This document shows, in pieces, positions 9,421 to 18,408 of a stretch of DNA of 40,000 bases. Both the position numbers and the translations under genes were made by a program. Source of the stretch: Enterobacter sp. kpr-6 (GTDB lineage Bacteria; Pseudomonadota; Gammaproteobacteria; Enterobacterales; Enterobacteriaceae); the NCBI RefSeq assembly GCF_900116015.1, contig NZ_FOYH01000002.1, positions 169,163 to 209,162 of the forward strand. The letters run 5' to 3'. The notes beneath the pieces are model-generated. The model saw nothing but the letters and a program-made list of their open reading frames with translations, searched no databases and was not told where the DNA came from. Within the stretch, counting starts at the first letter, position 1. Every line of letters starts with the position of its first letter.

Positions 9421-9963
9421 TTATTTAAGATCTTTAAAATAGTTAGCATCTGCATCTTTCGCGGAAAGAATCGCTTTTTCTGCCGATATTGGCCATGAAA
9501 TGTTCAGCGTGGGATCATTCCAGACGATACTACGCTCAGCTGACGGATTATAATAATTTGTTGTTTTATATAAAAATTCCGCTGTTTCGCTTAATACTAC
9601 GAAACCGTGAGCAAAACCTTCTGGGATCCATAACTGACGTTTATTTTCAGCGGAAAGCGTGACGCCTACCCATTTACCGAAAGTTGAAGAATCACGTCGT
9701 ATATCCACTGCAACATCAAATACTTCTCCTACAGCGCAGCGTACTAATTTTCCTTGCGCATAGGGGGCTGCCTGGTAATGTAATCCACGCAATACTCCCT
9801 GCGTCGATTTCGAATGATTATCCTGAACAAATGAGAGCGTTGATCCAACGTGTTCTTCAAGCGCTTTTTGGTTAAAGCTCTCGAAGAAAAAACCACGCTC
9901 ATCGCTGAAAACCTTAGGCTCAATAATTAAGACATCAGGAATTTCAGTTTTAATTATATTCAT
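9421..9963 (-). CDS. rmlC: dTDP-4-dehydrorhamnose 3,5-epimerase
   Basis: 180 aa. FSDERGFFFESFN...RGLHYQ...QGKLVRC..GEVFDVAVD.R..S.TFGKW is the RmlC cupin signature. Position is after rmlA. Confidence 0.95.
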   Translation of the reverse strand: MNIIKTEIPDVLIIEPKVFSDERGFFFESFNQKALEEHVGSTLSFVQDNHSKSTQGVLRGLHYQAAPYAQGKLVRCAVGEVFDVAVDIRRDSSTFGKWVGVTLSAENKRQLWIPEGFAHGFVVLSETAEFLYKTTNYYNPSAERSIVWNDPTLNISWPISAEKAILSAKDADANYFKDLK

Positions 9964-9965
9964 TA

Positions 9966-10844
9966 TTAATAACCTTTAATCATTTTTAACAAATATTGAC
10001 CATAAGCATTTTTCGATAGCGGCGCAGCTAATTTTTTTACTTGTTCAGCGTCAATAAAACCTTTACGGAAAGCAATTTCTTCAGGGCAAGATACCTTTAG
10101 GCCCTGTCGTTCTTCTATTGTTTCAATAAAATTACTGGCTTCAATTAGGCTCTGATGCGTTCCTGTATCCAGCCATGCATATCCCCGCCCCATCATGGCA
10201 ACAGAAAGTTTGCCTTTTTCCAGATAAAGTCGGTTTATATCTGTAATCTCAAGCTCACCACGTGCTGATGGCTCAAGATTTTTAGCCATTTCTATAACAT
10301 CGTTGTCATAGAAATATAATCCGGTGACCGCATAATTACTTTTAGGTTCAGCAGGTTTTTCTTCAAGGCTAATTGCGGTGCCTTGTGAGTCAAATTCTAC
10401 AACGCCATAACGTTCCGGATCGTTTACGTGATAAGCGAAAACAGTTGCACCGTTTTCTTTGGAAATTGCGCCATCAAGCAGTTTCGGTAAATCATGACCA
10501 TAGAAAATGTTATCGCCAAGAACCAGCGCGCAGTTATCATCACCAATGAAATCTTCGCCAATAATGAAAGCCTGAGCTAATCCATCAGGGCTTGGCTGCA
10601 CTTTATATTGCAGATTCAATCCCCATTGGCTACCATCGCCGAGTAACTGCTCGAAGCGCGGGGTATCCTGTGGAGTACTAATAATCAGAATATCTCGGAT
10701 ACCCGCCAGCATTAATGTTGACAATGGATAATAAATCATCGGCTTGTCATAGATTGGTAACAGCTGTTTACTCACAACCATTGTTACGGGATAAAGACGA
10801 GTCCCGGAACCGCCAGCTAAAATAATTCCTTTCCGTGTTTTCAT
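9966..10844 (-). CDS. rmlA: Glucose-1-phosphate thymidylyltransferase
   Basis: 292 aa. [17 protein letters not shown]...[33 protein letters not shown] is the canonical RmlA sequence. Confidence 0.95.
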   Translation of the reverse strand: MKTRKGIILAGGSGTRLYPVTMVVSKQLLPIYDKPMIYYPLSTLMLAGIRDILIISTPQDTPRFEQLLGDGSQWGLNLQYKVQPSPDGLAQAFIIGEDFIGDDNCALVLGDNIFYGHDLPKLLDGAISKENGATVFAYHVNDPERYGVVEFDSQGTAISLEEKPAEPKSNYAVTGLYFYDNDVIEMAKNLEPSARGELEITDINRLYLEKGKLSVAMMGRGYAWLDTGTHQSLIEASNFIETIEERQGLKVSCPEEIAFRKGFIDAEQVKKLAAPLSKNAYGQYLLKMIKGY

Positions 10845-10865
10845 TTTACTATCTCAGACAATGAG

Positions 10866-11765
10866 TTAATGTGCAGTTGTGATAAACAACTCTGCGAGCA
10901 TGCGCTTAACGCCCTCTTCCCAACTCGGAAGCACCAGACTAAAAGTCAGCTGAAATTTTTCTGTATTTAATCGCGAATTCAAAGGACGTTTTGCAGGTGT
11001 AGAGAAACTCTCGGTAGATACTGCCGTCAGTTCATTAAGAGAGAGTTTAATGCCCGCTTTATGCGCCTCTTCAAACACCAGCGCTGCATAGTCATACCAG
11101 GTTGTCGTACCGGATGCGACTAAATGATATAGCCCGGCGACTTCCGGCTTCTGTAGCGCCACGCGGATGGCATGCGCGGTGCAATCAGCCAGTAATTCAG
11201 CTCCGGTTGGCGCACCAAACTGGTCGTTGATTACCGAGAGCGTTTCACGCTCTTTAGCAAGTCGCAGCATAGTTTTTGCGAAGTTGTTGCCTTTACCGGC
11301 ATACACCCAACTGGTTCGGAAAATAAGGTGCTTTTCGCAATTATCTGCAACTGCCTTTTCCCCTGCCAGCTTGGTTTCGCCGTAAACATTCAACGGAGCC
11401 GTTTCGTCCGTTTCTTTCCACGGCATATCGCCGGTACCAGGGAAAACATAATCAGTTGAGTAATGTACCAACCATGCGCCCAGCGCCTGCGCTTCTTTAG
11501 CAATAGCGGCGACGCTGGTAGCATTCAGTAATTCTGCAAAATCGCGCTCGGATTCTGCCTTATCGACGGCAGTATGTGCTGCCGCGTTAACGATGACATC
11601 GGGACGCACGCGACGTACGGTTTCAGCCACGCCTTCAGGATTACTAAAATCACCGCAATATTCTTTTGAATGCACATCAACTGCGATGAGTTTGCCCAGC
11701 GGTGCCAGCGCGCGCTGCAATTCCCAGCCAACCTGGCCTGTTTTACCGAACAGAAGGATATTCAT
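10866..11765 (-). CDS. rmlD: dTDP-4-dehydrorhamnose reductase
   Basis: 299 aa. MNILLFGKTGQVGWELQRAL...STDYVF.G...Y.ETD...P.NVYG.TKLAGE is the RmlD SDR pattern. Confidence 0.95.
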   Translation of the reverse strand: MNILLFGKTGQVGWELQRALAPLGKLIAVDVHSKEYCGDFSNPEGVAETVRRVRPDVIVNAAAHTAVDKAESERDFAELLNATSVAAIAKEAQALGAWLVHYSTDYVFPGTGDMPWKETDETAPLNVYGETKLAGEKAVADNCEKHLIFRTSWVYAGKGNNFAKTMLRLAKERETLSVINDQFGAPTGAELLADCTAHAIRVALQKPEVAGLYHLVASGTTTWYDYAALVFEEAHKAGIKLSLNELTAVSTESFSTPAKRPLNSRLNTEKFQLTFSLVLPSWEEGVKRMLAELFITTAH

Positions 11766-11767
11766 TG

Positions 11768-12850
11768 TTAGCGGCTCTCGTAGTTCTGTTCAATCCAGGT
11801 TTGATAAGCGCCGCTTTTTACATTCGCCACCCACTGCTGATTATCCAGGTACCATTCAACGGTTTTACGAATCCCGGATTCAAAGGTTTCTTCTGGTTGC
11901 CACCCCAGCTCACGGCTGATTTTATCCGCGTCAATAGCATAGCGACGATCGTGACCTGGACGGTCGGCTACATAGGTGATTTGCTCACGGTAGGAATTGG
12001 CTTTCGGCACAATTACATCCAGCAAATCGCAAATGTTATGCACCACATCGAGATTTTTCTTCTCGTTATGGCCGCCAATATTATAGGTCTCGCCCGGTTT
12101 GCCTTGAGTAACAACCGTATAAAGTGCGCGAGCATGGTCTTCAACGTACAGCCAGTCGCGGATCTGGTCGCCTTTGCCATAAATTGGCAGGGCTTTACCT
12201 TCCAGAGCATTGAGAATCACCAGCGGGATCAGTTTTTCCGGGAAGTGATATGGGCCGTAGTTGTTAGAGCAGTTGGTCACGATCGTTGGGAAACCGTAGG
12301 TACGAAGCCAGGCGCGGACGAGGTGATCACTGGAGGCTTTCGAAGCAGAGTATGGGCTGCTCGGCGCATAGGCGGTTTTTTCGGTAAACAGCGGCAGTTC
12401 AGCGCCGGCAACCACTTCATCCGGGTGTGGCAGGTCGCCATATACTTCGTCGGTAGAAATATGGTGGAAGCGGAACGCTGCTTTCTTGTCCGCCGCTAAT
12501 TCTGACCAGTATTTACGCGCGGCTTCCAGCAGGACGTAGGTGCCAACGATATTGGTTTCGATAAACGCCGCCGGGCCGGTAATAGAGCGGTCAACATGAC
12601 TTTCCGCCGCCAGGTGCATCACTGCGTCAGGCTTATGCTCAGCAAAAATGCGCTCCATTGCCTGAGCATCGCAGATATCTGCATGCTCAAAGCAGTAGCG
12701 TGGATCATTATCCACATCGATTAAGGATTCCAGGTTTCCGGCATAGGTCAATTTATCAACATTGATGACGGAATCCTGCGTATTTTTAATAATGTGCCTA
12801 ACAACGGCAGAACCAATAAAGCCTGCACCACCAGTAACCAGAATTTTCAC
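11768..12850 (-). CDS. rmlB: dTDP-glucose 4,6-dehydratase
   Basis: 360 aa. [21 protein letters not shown]...[11 protein letters not shown]...[15 protein letters not shown] carries the RmlB Rossmann and YxxxK motifs. It is the first gene after JUMPStart. Confidence 0.95.
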   Translation of the reverse strand: MKILVTGGAGFIGSAVVRHIIKNTQDSVINVDKLTYAGNLESLIDVDNDPRYCFEHADICDAQAMERIFAEHKPDAVMHLAAESHVDRSITGPAAFIETNIVGTYVLLEAARKYWSELAADKKAAFRFHHISTDEVYGDLPHPDEVVAGAELPLFTEKTAYAPSSPYSASKASSDHLVRAWLRTYGFPTIVTNCSNNYGPYHFPEKLIPLVILNALEGKALPIYGKGDQIRDWLYVEDHARALYTVVTQGKPGETYNIGGHNEKKNLDVVHNICDLLDVIVPKANSYREQITYVADRPGHDRRYAIDADKISRELGWQPEETFESGIRKTVEWYLDNQQWVANVKSGAYQTWIEQNYESR

Positions 12851-12931
12851 GTGTATTTTCGCTCTTAACTATATTCGGAAAATTAAAGATATAAATTATT
12901 GAGATATTGAAACGTAATTCGCTGTGCGCGA

Positions 12932-12970
12932 CACGCTACCGCCCCTGGCTCTACAGCTACCAGTGGACTG
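12932..12970 (-). promoter_or_regulatory. JUMPStart element with ops (RfaH-loading) site in the O-antigen operon leader
   Basis: The minus strand reads cagtccactggtagctgtagagccagGGGCGGTAGCGTG. The ops core GGCGGTAGCGTG is at 12943..12932, 81 nt upstream of the rmlB ATG. Confidence 0.9.
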
Positions 12971-13144
12971 AGTACAGGCGAATTGTATGAAACCGGAGGC
13001 TTGTAGCTGGCACCGAGTCCGTTTACAAACCTTATATCAAATGCTAATTGTCATCCTTATTCCCACAGGAAACAAGGAAAATTCTGATTGTTTCCCGCGG
13101 TTGCGTGTTTTTCAAACCTTTGATCTACAAGAATTTGTAGCTTG

Positions 13145-13208
13145 AAAATAAAAAAGCAGCAGAATATTCATTGCCGCACATCACTGTGCTGCATGAATCT
13201 TCTACTGC
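13145..13208 (-). terminator. Rho-independent terminator downstream of galF
   Basis: The minus-strand RNA has a 16-nt arm GCAGUAGAAGAUUCAU (13208..13193) pairing with AUGAAUAUUCUGCUGC (13171..13156). There is one G.U wobble, one mismatch and a 21-nt loop. It is followed directly by UUUUUUAUUUU (13155..13145). Confidence 0.6.
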
Positions 13209-13256
13209 TCTGATGCTCAAACTAGCCGAACACGTTCCTGAACATTCATTCAACCA

Positions 13257-14147
13257 TTAGCTTAACAGCTTCCTGATGCTCTCGCGGAACTTCTGCCCTT
13301 CTTTATGGTTACGCAAACCATAGTTCACAAATGCCTGCATGTAACCCATTTTTTTACCGCAATCGTAGCTATCGCCTGTCATCAGCATCGCATCAACGGC
13401 CTGCTTCTCGGCGAGATTGGCGATTGCATCGGTAAGCTGGATACGGCCCCATGCACCCGGCTCGGTTTTCTCAAGCTCAGCCCAGATGTCACCGGACAGG
13501 ACATAGCGGCCCACCGCCATCAGATCGGAATTAAGCGTCTGCGGCTGATCCGGTTTTTCGATAAAGTTAACGATACGGCTCACTTTACCTTCGTTATCCA
13601 GCGGCTCTTTGGTGGCAATGACGGAGTACTCAGACAGATCGCCCTTCATCCGTTTTGCCAGCACCTGGCTGCGGCCCGTCTCGTTAAAGCGCGCCACCAT
13701 AGCAGCGAGGTTATAACGCAGCGGATCGGCGCTGGCGTTATCGAGAATAATATCCGGCAGCACAACCACAAAAGGATTATCGCCAACAATTGGGCGGGCA
13801 CAGAGAATAGAGTGACCCAGACCTAACGGCTGCGCCTGACGCACGTTCATGATGGTCACGCCCGGCGGACAGATGGACTGGACTTCCGCCAGCAACTGGC
13901 GCTTCACGCGCTGTTCCAGCAGGGCTTCCAGCTCATAGGAGGTGTCGAAGTGGTTTTCAACCGCGTTTTTTGAAGAATGAGTAACCAGAACGATTTCTTT
14001 GATACCAGCAGCTACCACTTCGTCGACAATGTACTGAATCATCGGCTTATCAACGATCGGCAGCATCTCTTTAGGAATGGCCTTCGTGGCGGGGAGCATG
14101 TGCATCCCAAGTCCTGCTACCGGAATAACTGCTTTCAAATTAATCAT
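13257..14147 (-). CDS. galF: UTP-glucose-1-phosphate uridylyltransferase paralogue GalF
   Basis: 296 aa. [43 protein letters not shown] carries the GalF-specific GLGMHMLP motif (GalU has GLGTRMLP). It is near-colinear with recalled E. coli GalF and lies between cps and rfb. Confidence 0.95.
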   Translation of the reverse strand: MINLKAVIPVAGLGMHMLPATKAIPKEMLPIVDKPMIQYIVDEVVAAGIKEIVLVTHSSKNAVENHFDTSYELEALLEQRVKRQLLAEVQSICPPGVTIMNVRQAQPLGLGHSILCARPIVGDNPFVVVLPDIILDNASADPLRYNLAAMVARFNETGRSQVLAKRMKGDLSEYSVIATKEPLDNEGKVSRIVNFIEKPDQPQTLNSDLMAVGRYVLSGDIWAELEKTEPGAWGRIQLTDAIANLAEKQAVDAMLMTGDSYDCGKKMGYMQAFVNYGLRNHKEGQKFRESIRKLLS

Positions 14148-14176
14148 TATCTATTCCACCTGTAAATGGTTGATGA

Positions 14177-14182
14177 ATTATA
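14177..14182 (-). promoter_or_regulatory. Candidate galF -10 hexamer (perfect TATAAT)
   Basis: Minus-strand TATAAT lies about 30 nt upstream of the galF ATG (14147), with an AGGTGG Shine-Dalgarno in between. The -35 is poor (TGGCTA/CTGGCT). This is sequence-only evidence. Confidence 0.35.
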
Positions 14183-14304
14183 GCTATTTAGCCTGCTTTA
14201 GCCAGCAGGTTTTCGCTGACTCATTGCTGCTAATGATGGTACGCCGGTGGCTGTGGATTTGCAGTAGATGTAATCTGAACTGAGGGCTGTTTACACCAGG
14301 AATG

Positions 14305-14331
14305 TTCGCAAAAGCGCGATTATCCGCGCTT
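14305..14331 (-). terminator. Candidate weak terminator hairpin at the end of the colanic-acid operon
   Basis: The minus-strand RNA reads AAGCGCG-GAUAAU-CGCGCUU-UUGCG. The 7-bp stem (14331..14325 / 14318..14312) spans the wcaM stop codon (14322..14320). The U-tract is short. Confidence 0.3.
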
Positions 14332-15717
14332 CTCAGGCAGCCTGAAGTTCAATTTTTCTGCGTTTACCACCTGGTGATCCAGCCGGTCGATATCCACTGA
14401 ACTCTGCCCTTTTTCATTCACCGCTTTTATATTCGCCAGCGACAGCAGCGTGTCCTGTTTTGCCATAAAGCGTCCGCGCACATCCTTACGTAAATCGAAA
14501 TGCATCTTCAGCGCAGGCCCGCGATCGGCGCGTTGCATAATGTTGATATCACGCAAAAACAGGTGCTGCGGTTTGTTATGCAGCTCCAGTGAAGCATGGG
14601 AAAGACGAACACGGGTGATCGCCACAAACGAAGTCGCATTACCGGAGGAAATCTGGATCCCGCGCAGCTTGAGGGTGCTGTCGCTGTTATCGAGCTGAAT
14701 ATCATTGAGCTTAAAGTTTTGCGGAATAGAAAGGTAATTGCCCTTAATGACCCCGTAACCGATCAGCATCCCCGCGCTGTTATGCATTTTCACATTATCA
14801 ATTACGAAATTATCGCAGCCGTAAATCGCCACCGTTGCGTTATCGATCCCGGCCTTTTTACTGTATTCCGGGGTGATATCCGTGGCCGTGATATTACGAA
14901 TAATAAAGTGTTTGCCGTTCTCGACGTGCACCAGCTGGCGGCAGTGGCTGCCGGTGATGTTCGCCACCACGAAGTTTTTTACCGCCTGATCTTCCGGGTA
15001 CGCATTGTCATAGGTACTGCCCGCCAGCCCGATGCCGATGCCCCAGTTGATTTTGCCGTTGGTGCAGTCGATGTGGTCGATGACGTGATCGGAAATAAGA
15101 ATATCGCGGTCATTGATCGCCACATTCCACTCAATCGCGTCCCCCTGCAAGTAGCTGAAACGGCTGTTGGTAATGCGCGCGCCGACGATCTGGTTATGAA
15201 ATCCCTGCCGCAAAATCGCGTAGTTGGACTTCGTCACTGTGATGTCATCGATGGTGAGATTGCGCATCACGCGTTTGTTTTTGCCGCCGATATAGATCTG
15301 CGTCACCGGCCCAAAACCGCTCATGGCGAGGCCTTTGATCACGCAGTCTGAACCGCGCACATCAAGGGTGATGTTATACAGGCTGCCGCCCTCCTCCCCG
15401 ATAACCCGGCTGCCATCCTGCAATACAAAACGTCCGCGCCCGTTGCCTTTAAGCCCGCCGCGCACCAGCAGCGTTTTGCCTTCAGGGATAAAAATCCCGG
15501 TATTAATGTTTTCGCAGACCAGCCCGGCGGGAACGATCACCGTATTGCCGTCGATAAACGCCTGTTTGAACGCAGCAATCCAGTCATGGTTGGGGTAATC
15601 GCGGATATTCACGGTGTCGCTCTTCCCCAGCGCAAAGGCCGGGGATGAGAGCAGAGGAAGGGAAGCAAGCGCGGAACCGGCTTTAATGAAGTGACGGCGA
15701 GTAAAACGTTCGATCAT
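14320..15717 (-). CDS. wcaM: Colanic acid biosynthesis protein WcaM (Tat-signal, beta-helix/pectin-lyase-like; function unassigned)
   Basis: 465 aa. The twin-arginine leader is [29 protein letters not shown]. The body is colinear with recalled E. coli WcaM ([11 protein letters not shown]...[26 protein letters not shown]...). Confidence 0.9.
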   Translation of the reverse strand: MIERFTRRHFIKAGSALASLPLLSSPAFALGKSDTVNIRDYPNHDWIAAFKQAFIDGNTVIVPAGLVCENINTGIFIPEGKTLLVRGGLKGNGRGRFVLQDGSRVIGEEGGSLYNITLDVRGSDCVIKGLAMSGFGPVTQIYIGGKNKRVMRNLTIDDITVTKSNYAILRQGFHNQIVGARITNSRFSYLQGDAIEWNVAINDRDILISDHVIDHIDCTNGKINWGIGIGLAGSTYDNAYPEDQAVKNFVVANITGSHCRQLVHVENGKHFIIRNITATDITPEYSKKAGIDNATVAIYGCDNFVIDNVKMHNSAGMLIGYGVIKGNYLSIPQNFKLNDIQLDNSDSTLKLRGIQISSGNATSFVAITRVRLSHASLELHNKPQHLFLRDINIMQRADRGPALKMHFDLRKDVRGRFMAKQDTLLSLANIKAVNEKGQSSVDIDRLDHQVVNAEKLNFRLPEKRG

Positions 15718-15728
15718 AAAACCTCAGC

Positions 15729-16949
15729 TCAAAGCGTTTGTAAAAGAGTGGCGAGGCGCTGATTGATGATTTGCTGATTAAAATCGGCCTCCACTTTCTG
15801 GCGGGCGCGACTGACCACCGGCACCAGTTCCTCACTTTGCATCTGGCTGAACCTGGCAAGCCGGTCAGCCAGCGCCTGCGGATCGTTCTCCGGCACCAGC
15901 CAGCCGGACTGGTCAGCCTCGATCAGTTCAGGAATGCCGCTGTGCACGGTGGAAACGACCGGAATGCCCACCGCCATCGCCTCCATCAGCGCCACCGGAA
16001 TACCCTCCATGTCGCCATCCGCGCCGGTCACCGATGGCAGCAGGAACACATCCGCCTCATCGAGCAGCGCCTTGACCTCATGGCTGGGCTTAAAGCCCGG
16101 CATCTCGATCACATCTTCCAGTTCGAACTGTTCAATCAGCGTACGCAGACGGCGCTCCCAGGGGCCAATACCGAGGATGCGGTAATGAAAATTCACCCCG
16201 CGCGCTTTAAGCAGACGGCAGGCTTCAATCGCCACGTGGAGCCCTTTTTTCTCGGTGAGTCGCGCCACCGAGATAATTTGCAAAGAGCGGCCCGGTGCTT
16301 TTACCGGGCGCTGCGAGAAGCGCGACATATCCACGCCCATGCGGGACACCGCGATTTTTTCCGGCGGGCAGCCCATGGTTTTCAGCCGTCCGGCCCACAG
16401 ATCGCTAATCGGCAGCATCAAATCGCCGCGGCGGAACAGTGCCTGATACTCCGGCGTATAGTGGTTGAGCACTTCCCGGTGCGAAACGTCAATGCCGTGA
16501 AACACGGTCGCAATCTTGCCGTTGATGATCCCCAGTTCCCGCAGTTTGGCCGCGGTAACGCCCGCCGGACCGAAGTGCGCGATAAACACATCGGCGCTGA
16601 AGGTGCGCGGCGTCAAACCGCAGATAGCGGCCAGGATCAGGTTGCGCGCCTCGTCCCCGTAGCGCCGGACGTTGAGCGCCTTCCAGGTAGAGATGCGCCC
16701 CATTCCTGCGAGGATCGCCTTCGCGCGATAGCGCAGTTTTGCCGCCTTCCCCTCCGGCTCATCCAGCAGCCAGTGGGTTTTCTCCGCCAGCCCATACTCT
16801 TTATACGCCGCATGGGTATTGCTCAAATCGCCCTTATGCAGGGCGACGATTTCCACTTCATAGCCCATGTTGATAAAGGCCACGATCTGATTCAGCACAA
16901 ACGTCTCAGACGAGAGGGGAAACTTCAGCAGAAAGAAACTGACCTTCAT
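15729..16949 (-). CDS. wcaL: Colanic acid glycosyltransferase WcaL (GT4)
   Basis: 406 aa. EGIPVALMEAMAVGIPVVSTVHSGIPELIEADQSGWLVPENDPQAL is the GT4 motif. It has a 4-nt ATGA overlap with wcaK, and the order matches K-12. Confidence 0.9.
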   Translation of the reverse strand: MKVSFFLLKFPLSSETFVLNQIVAFINMGYEVEIVALHKGDLSNTHAAYKEYGLAEKTHWLLDEPEGKAAKLRYRAKAILAGMGRISTWKALNVRRYGDEARNLILAAICGLTPRTFSADVFIAHFGPAGVTAAKLRELGIINGKIATVFHGIDVSHREVLNHYTPEYQALFRRGDLMLPISDLWAGRLKTMGCPPEKIAVSRMGVDMSRFSQRPVKAPGRSLQIISVARLTEKKGLHVAIEACRLLKARGVNFHYRILGIGPWERRLRTLIEQFELEDVIEMPGFKPSHEVKALLDEADVFLLPSVTGADGDMEGIPVALMEAMAVGIPVVSTVHSGIPELIEADQSGWLVPENDPQALADRLARFSQMQSEELVPVVSRARQKVEADFNQQIINQRLATLLQTL

Positions 16950-18223
16950 TTCACCTCCACGCGATCGAGCACCGATTTCACCATCTGCAAACCGTGCTCG
17001 CGCTCGGCGGCAACGGCGGTAGCGAGACGGGTGTTGATCGCCGGAAGCTGTCCGAGCGTATCTGCCACCATTGATGCCAGCGAACCGTCAAGCAGATGGC
17101 GAATATCAATGGCCATCTCCGGCATCCCAAGCTGCTGCATAATGCCCGCTGACTTGTGTTCGTAGTTGATGGCGATAGCCGGGGTGCCGAAGTTCATAGA
17201 GATAATGGCGGAATGCAGACGGGTACCGACGGTCAGATCGCAGGCGGCAAAAATCTTGCCCATCTCCAGATCGTTCAGTTCGTCCATCACCACATGGAAG
17301 CGCGACGGATCGTTCACCAGTCCACGCAGATTGAGGGCGACCATGCGGTCATCCTTGTTGTAACTGTCGATCCCGGTACAGGTTGAGAGCGCCAGCACCT
17401 GATAACCCGCATCCAGCACCCGGTTAACGACCTCAGCAAACGCTTTTTCATACGCCTGCTGAGTCGTGCCGAGGCGCTTATCGAACGGGGCCAGTTCGCG
17501 CAGGGTAATGGCGACGGTTTTCTGCTTCGCCGCCACGTCCAGCCAGTGCTGCACGGCGTAGCTCGCCTGGAAATCGTCATGGTGATGATCCACCAGCCAG
17601 GCGGTATCCACGCCCTGCTCCACTTTGTCGGTGTTGATCTGGCTGTGCTTCATCAGATCGAGGCTGACGCGCTCGCGCAGGATCAGCGCGTCGCAGTGAC
17701 CAAACACATAGTTCGCCAGTTGGTTAAACTGGGCGTCCTGGAACGGCCCCACGCTGTGACCGATCATATACAGCGGCTTTTTCGCCATGAAGGTGCAGAG
17801 CGCATGTTCAAACTGCGGCACGCCATAGAGATCGACAAAGAACGAACCGCCGACCTGAATAATGGCGTCGTAGCCTGCGAGCAGGCGCACGAAATCGGTA
17901 AAGCCCTGGGCAATGGCAATATTGCGCAGCCTGCCGCTGTCGGTCACACGCGAAAGCAGCACCTGATGCTGATAGCGACGGCGCAGGACCTTTTTCACCC
18001 GCCCGACCAGACCGGCGGCGGTATTGTGCTGTTTCATCTGGCTGAACAGCGGATCGCCCATCACCGGACGGTTCAGCAACCAGGAGGAGCTGACCGGGTA
18101 GCGGCTCATGACATCCACTTCGGCATCCGGGCTAAGCGTGGTAATGGCATCCAGTAATCCGCGCAGAATGGCGCTGTCACCCCGGTTCCCGCAGGTGTGG
18201 TTGCCCAGAATTAATAATTTCAT
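16946..18223 (-). CDS. wcaK: Colanic acid pyruvyl transferase WcaK
   Basis: 425 aa. MKLLILGNHTCGNRGDSAILRGL is a polysaccharide pyruvyl-transferase family N-terminus. Synteny supports the call. Confidence 0.9.
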   Translation of the reverse strand: MKLLILGNHTCGNRGDSAILRGLLDAITTLSPDAEVDVMSRYPVSSSWLLNRPVMGDPLFSQMKQHNTAAGLVGRVKKVLRRRYQHQVLLSRVTDSGRLRNIAIAQGFTDFVRLLAGYDAIIQVGGSFFVDLYGVPQFEHALCTFMAKKPLYMIGHSVGPFQDAQFNQLANYVFGHCDALILRERVSLDLMKHSQINTDKVEQGVDTAWLVDHHHDDFQASYAVQHWLDVAAKQKTVAITLRELAPFDKRLGTTQQAYEKAFAEVVNRVLDAGYQVLALSTCTGIDSYNKDDRMVALNLRGLVNDPSRFHVVMDELNDLEMGKIFAACDLTVGTRLHSAIISMNFGTPAIAINYEHKSAGIMQQLGMPEMAIDIRHLLDGSLASMVADTLGQLPAINTRLATAVAAEREHGLQMVKSVLDRVEVK

Positions 18224-18254
18224 AGTGACCTCTTAAAGGTTTCTTCATTTGTCA

Positions 18255-18404
18255 GGTGAGGCAACCCTCACCCCGGCCCTCTCCCTAAGGGAGAGGGAGA
18301 AAATCGTGCACCATATTGTCCCCTCTGCCTTAGGGTGAGGGAGAAAATCGTGCACCGTACTGTCCCCTCTCCCTCAGGGAGAGGGTTAGGGTGAGGGTGA
18401 GAGG
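18255..18404. repeat. Composite nested-palindrome repeat (L arm + two 44-bp tandem units + R arm), wcaK/wzxC junction
   Basis: CCCTCACCCCGGCCCTCTCCC-taa-GGGAGAGGG, then the spacer agaaaatcgtgcacc[a/g]ta[t/c]tgtc twice, then CCCTCTCCC-tca-GGGAGAGGG-tta-GGGTGAGGG. It ends 5 nt from the wzxC stop codon. Confidence 0.9.
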
Positions 18405-18408
18405 TGAT

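Noticed and set aside
12851-13256. Search for an IS element, integrase, tRNA or direct repeats at the GC-content boundary between galF and the O-antigen genes
   Set aside because: There is no ORF above 60 aa, no terminal inverted repeats and no tRNA-like cloverleaf. The region is explained by the galF terminator, an unmapped promoter and JUMPStart. The compositional switch actually occurs inside the rml genes.
14192-14213. Hairpin CCTGCT-ttagcc-AGCAGG followed by TTTT on the plus strand (a possible plus-strand terminator) between wcaM and galF
   Set aside because: No plus-strand gene lies upstream for it to terminate. On the relevant minus strand the A-run precedes the stem. It is probably incidental structure in the galF promoter region.
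15771-17165. 464-aa plus-strand ORF, plus similar long plus-strand ORFs at 11702..12499, 14596..15351, 18391..19380, 20262..20909, 21558..22736, 24587..25270, 26987..28270, 30755..31741 and 33738..34859
   Set aside because: All lie antisense to well-supported, conserved colanic-acid or rml genes. Their translations are low-complexity and rich in R/H/Q/A/G, with no recognisable motifs. Long stop-free antisense frames are expected in GC3-rich coding DNA.
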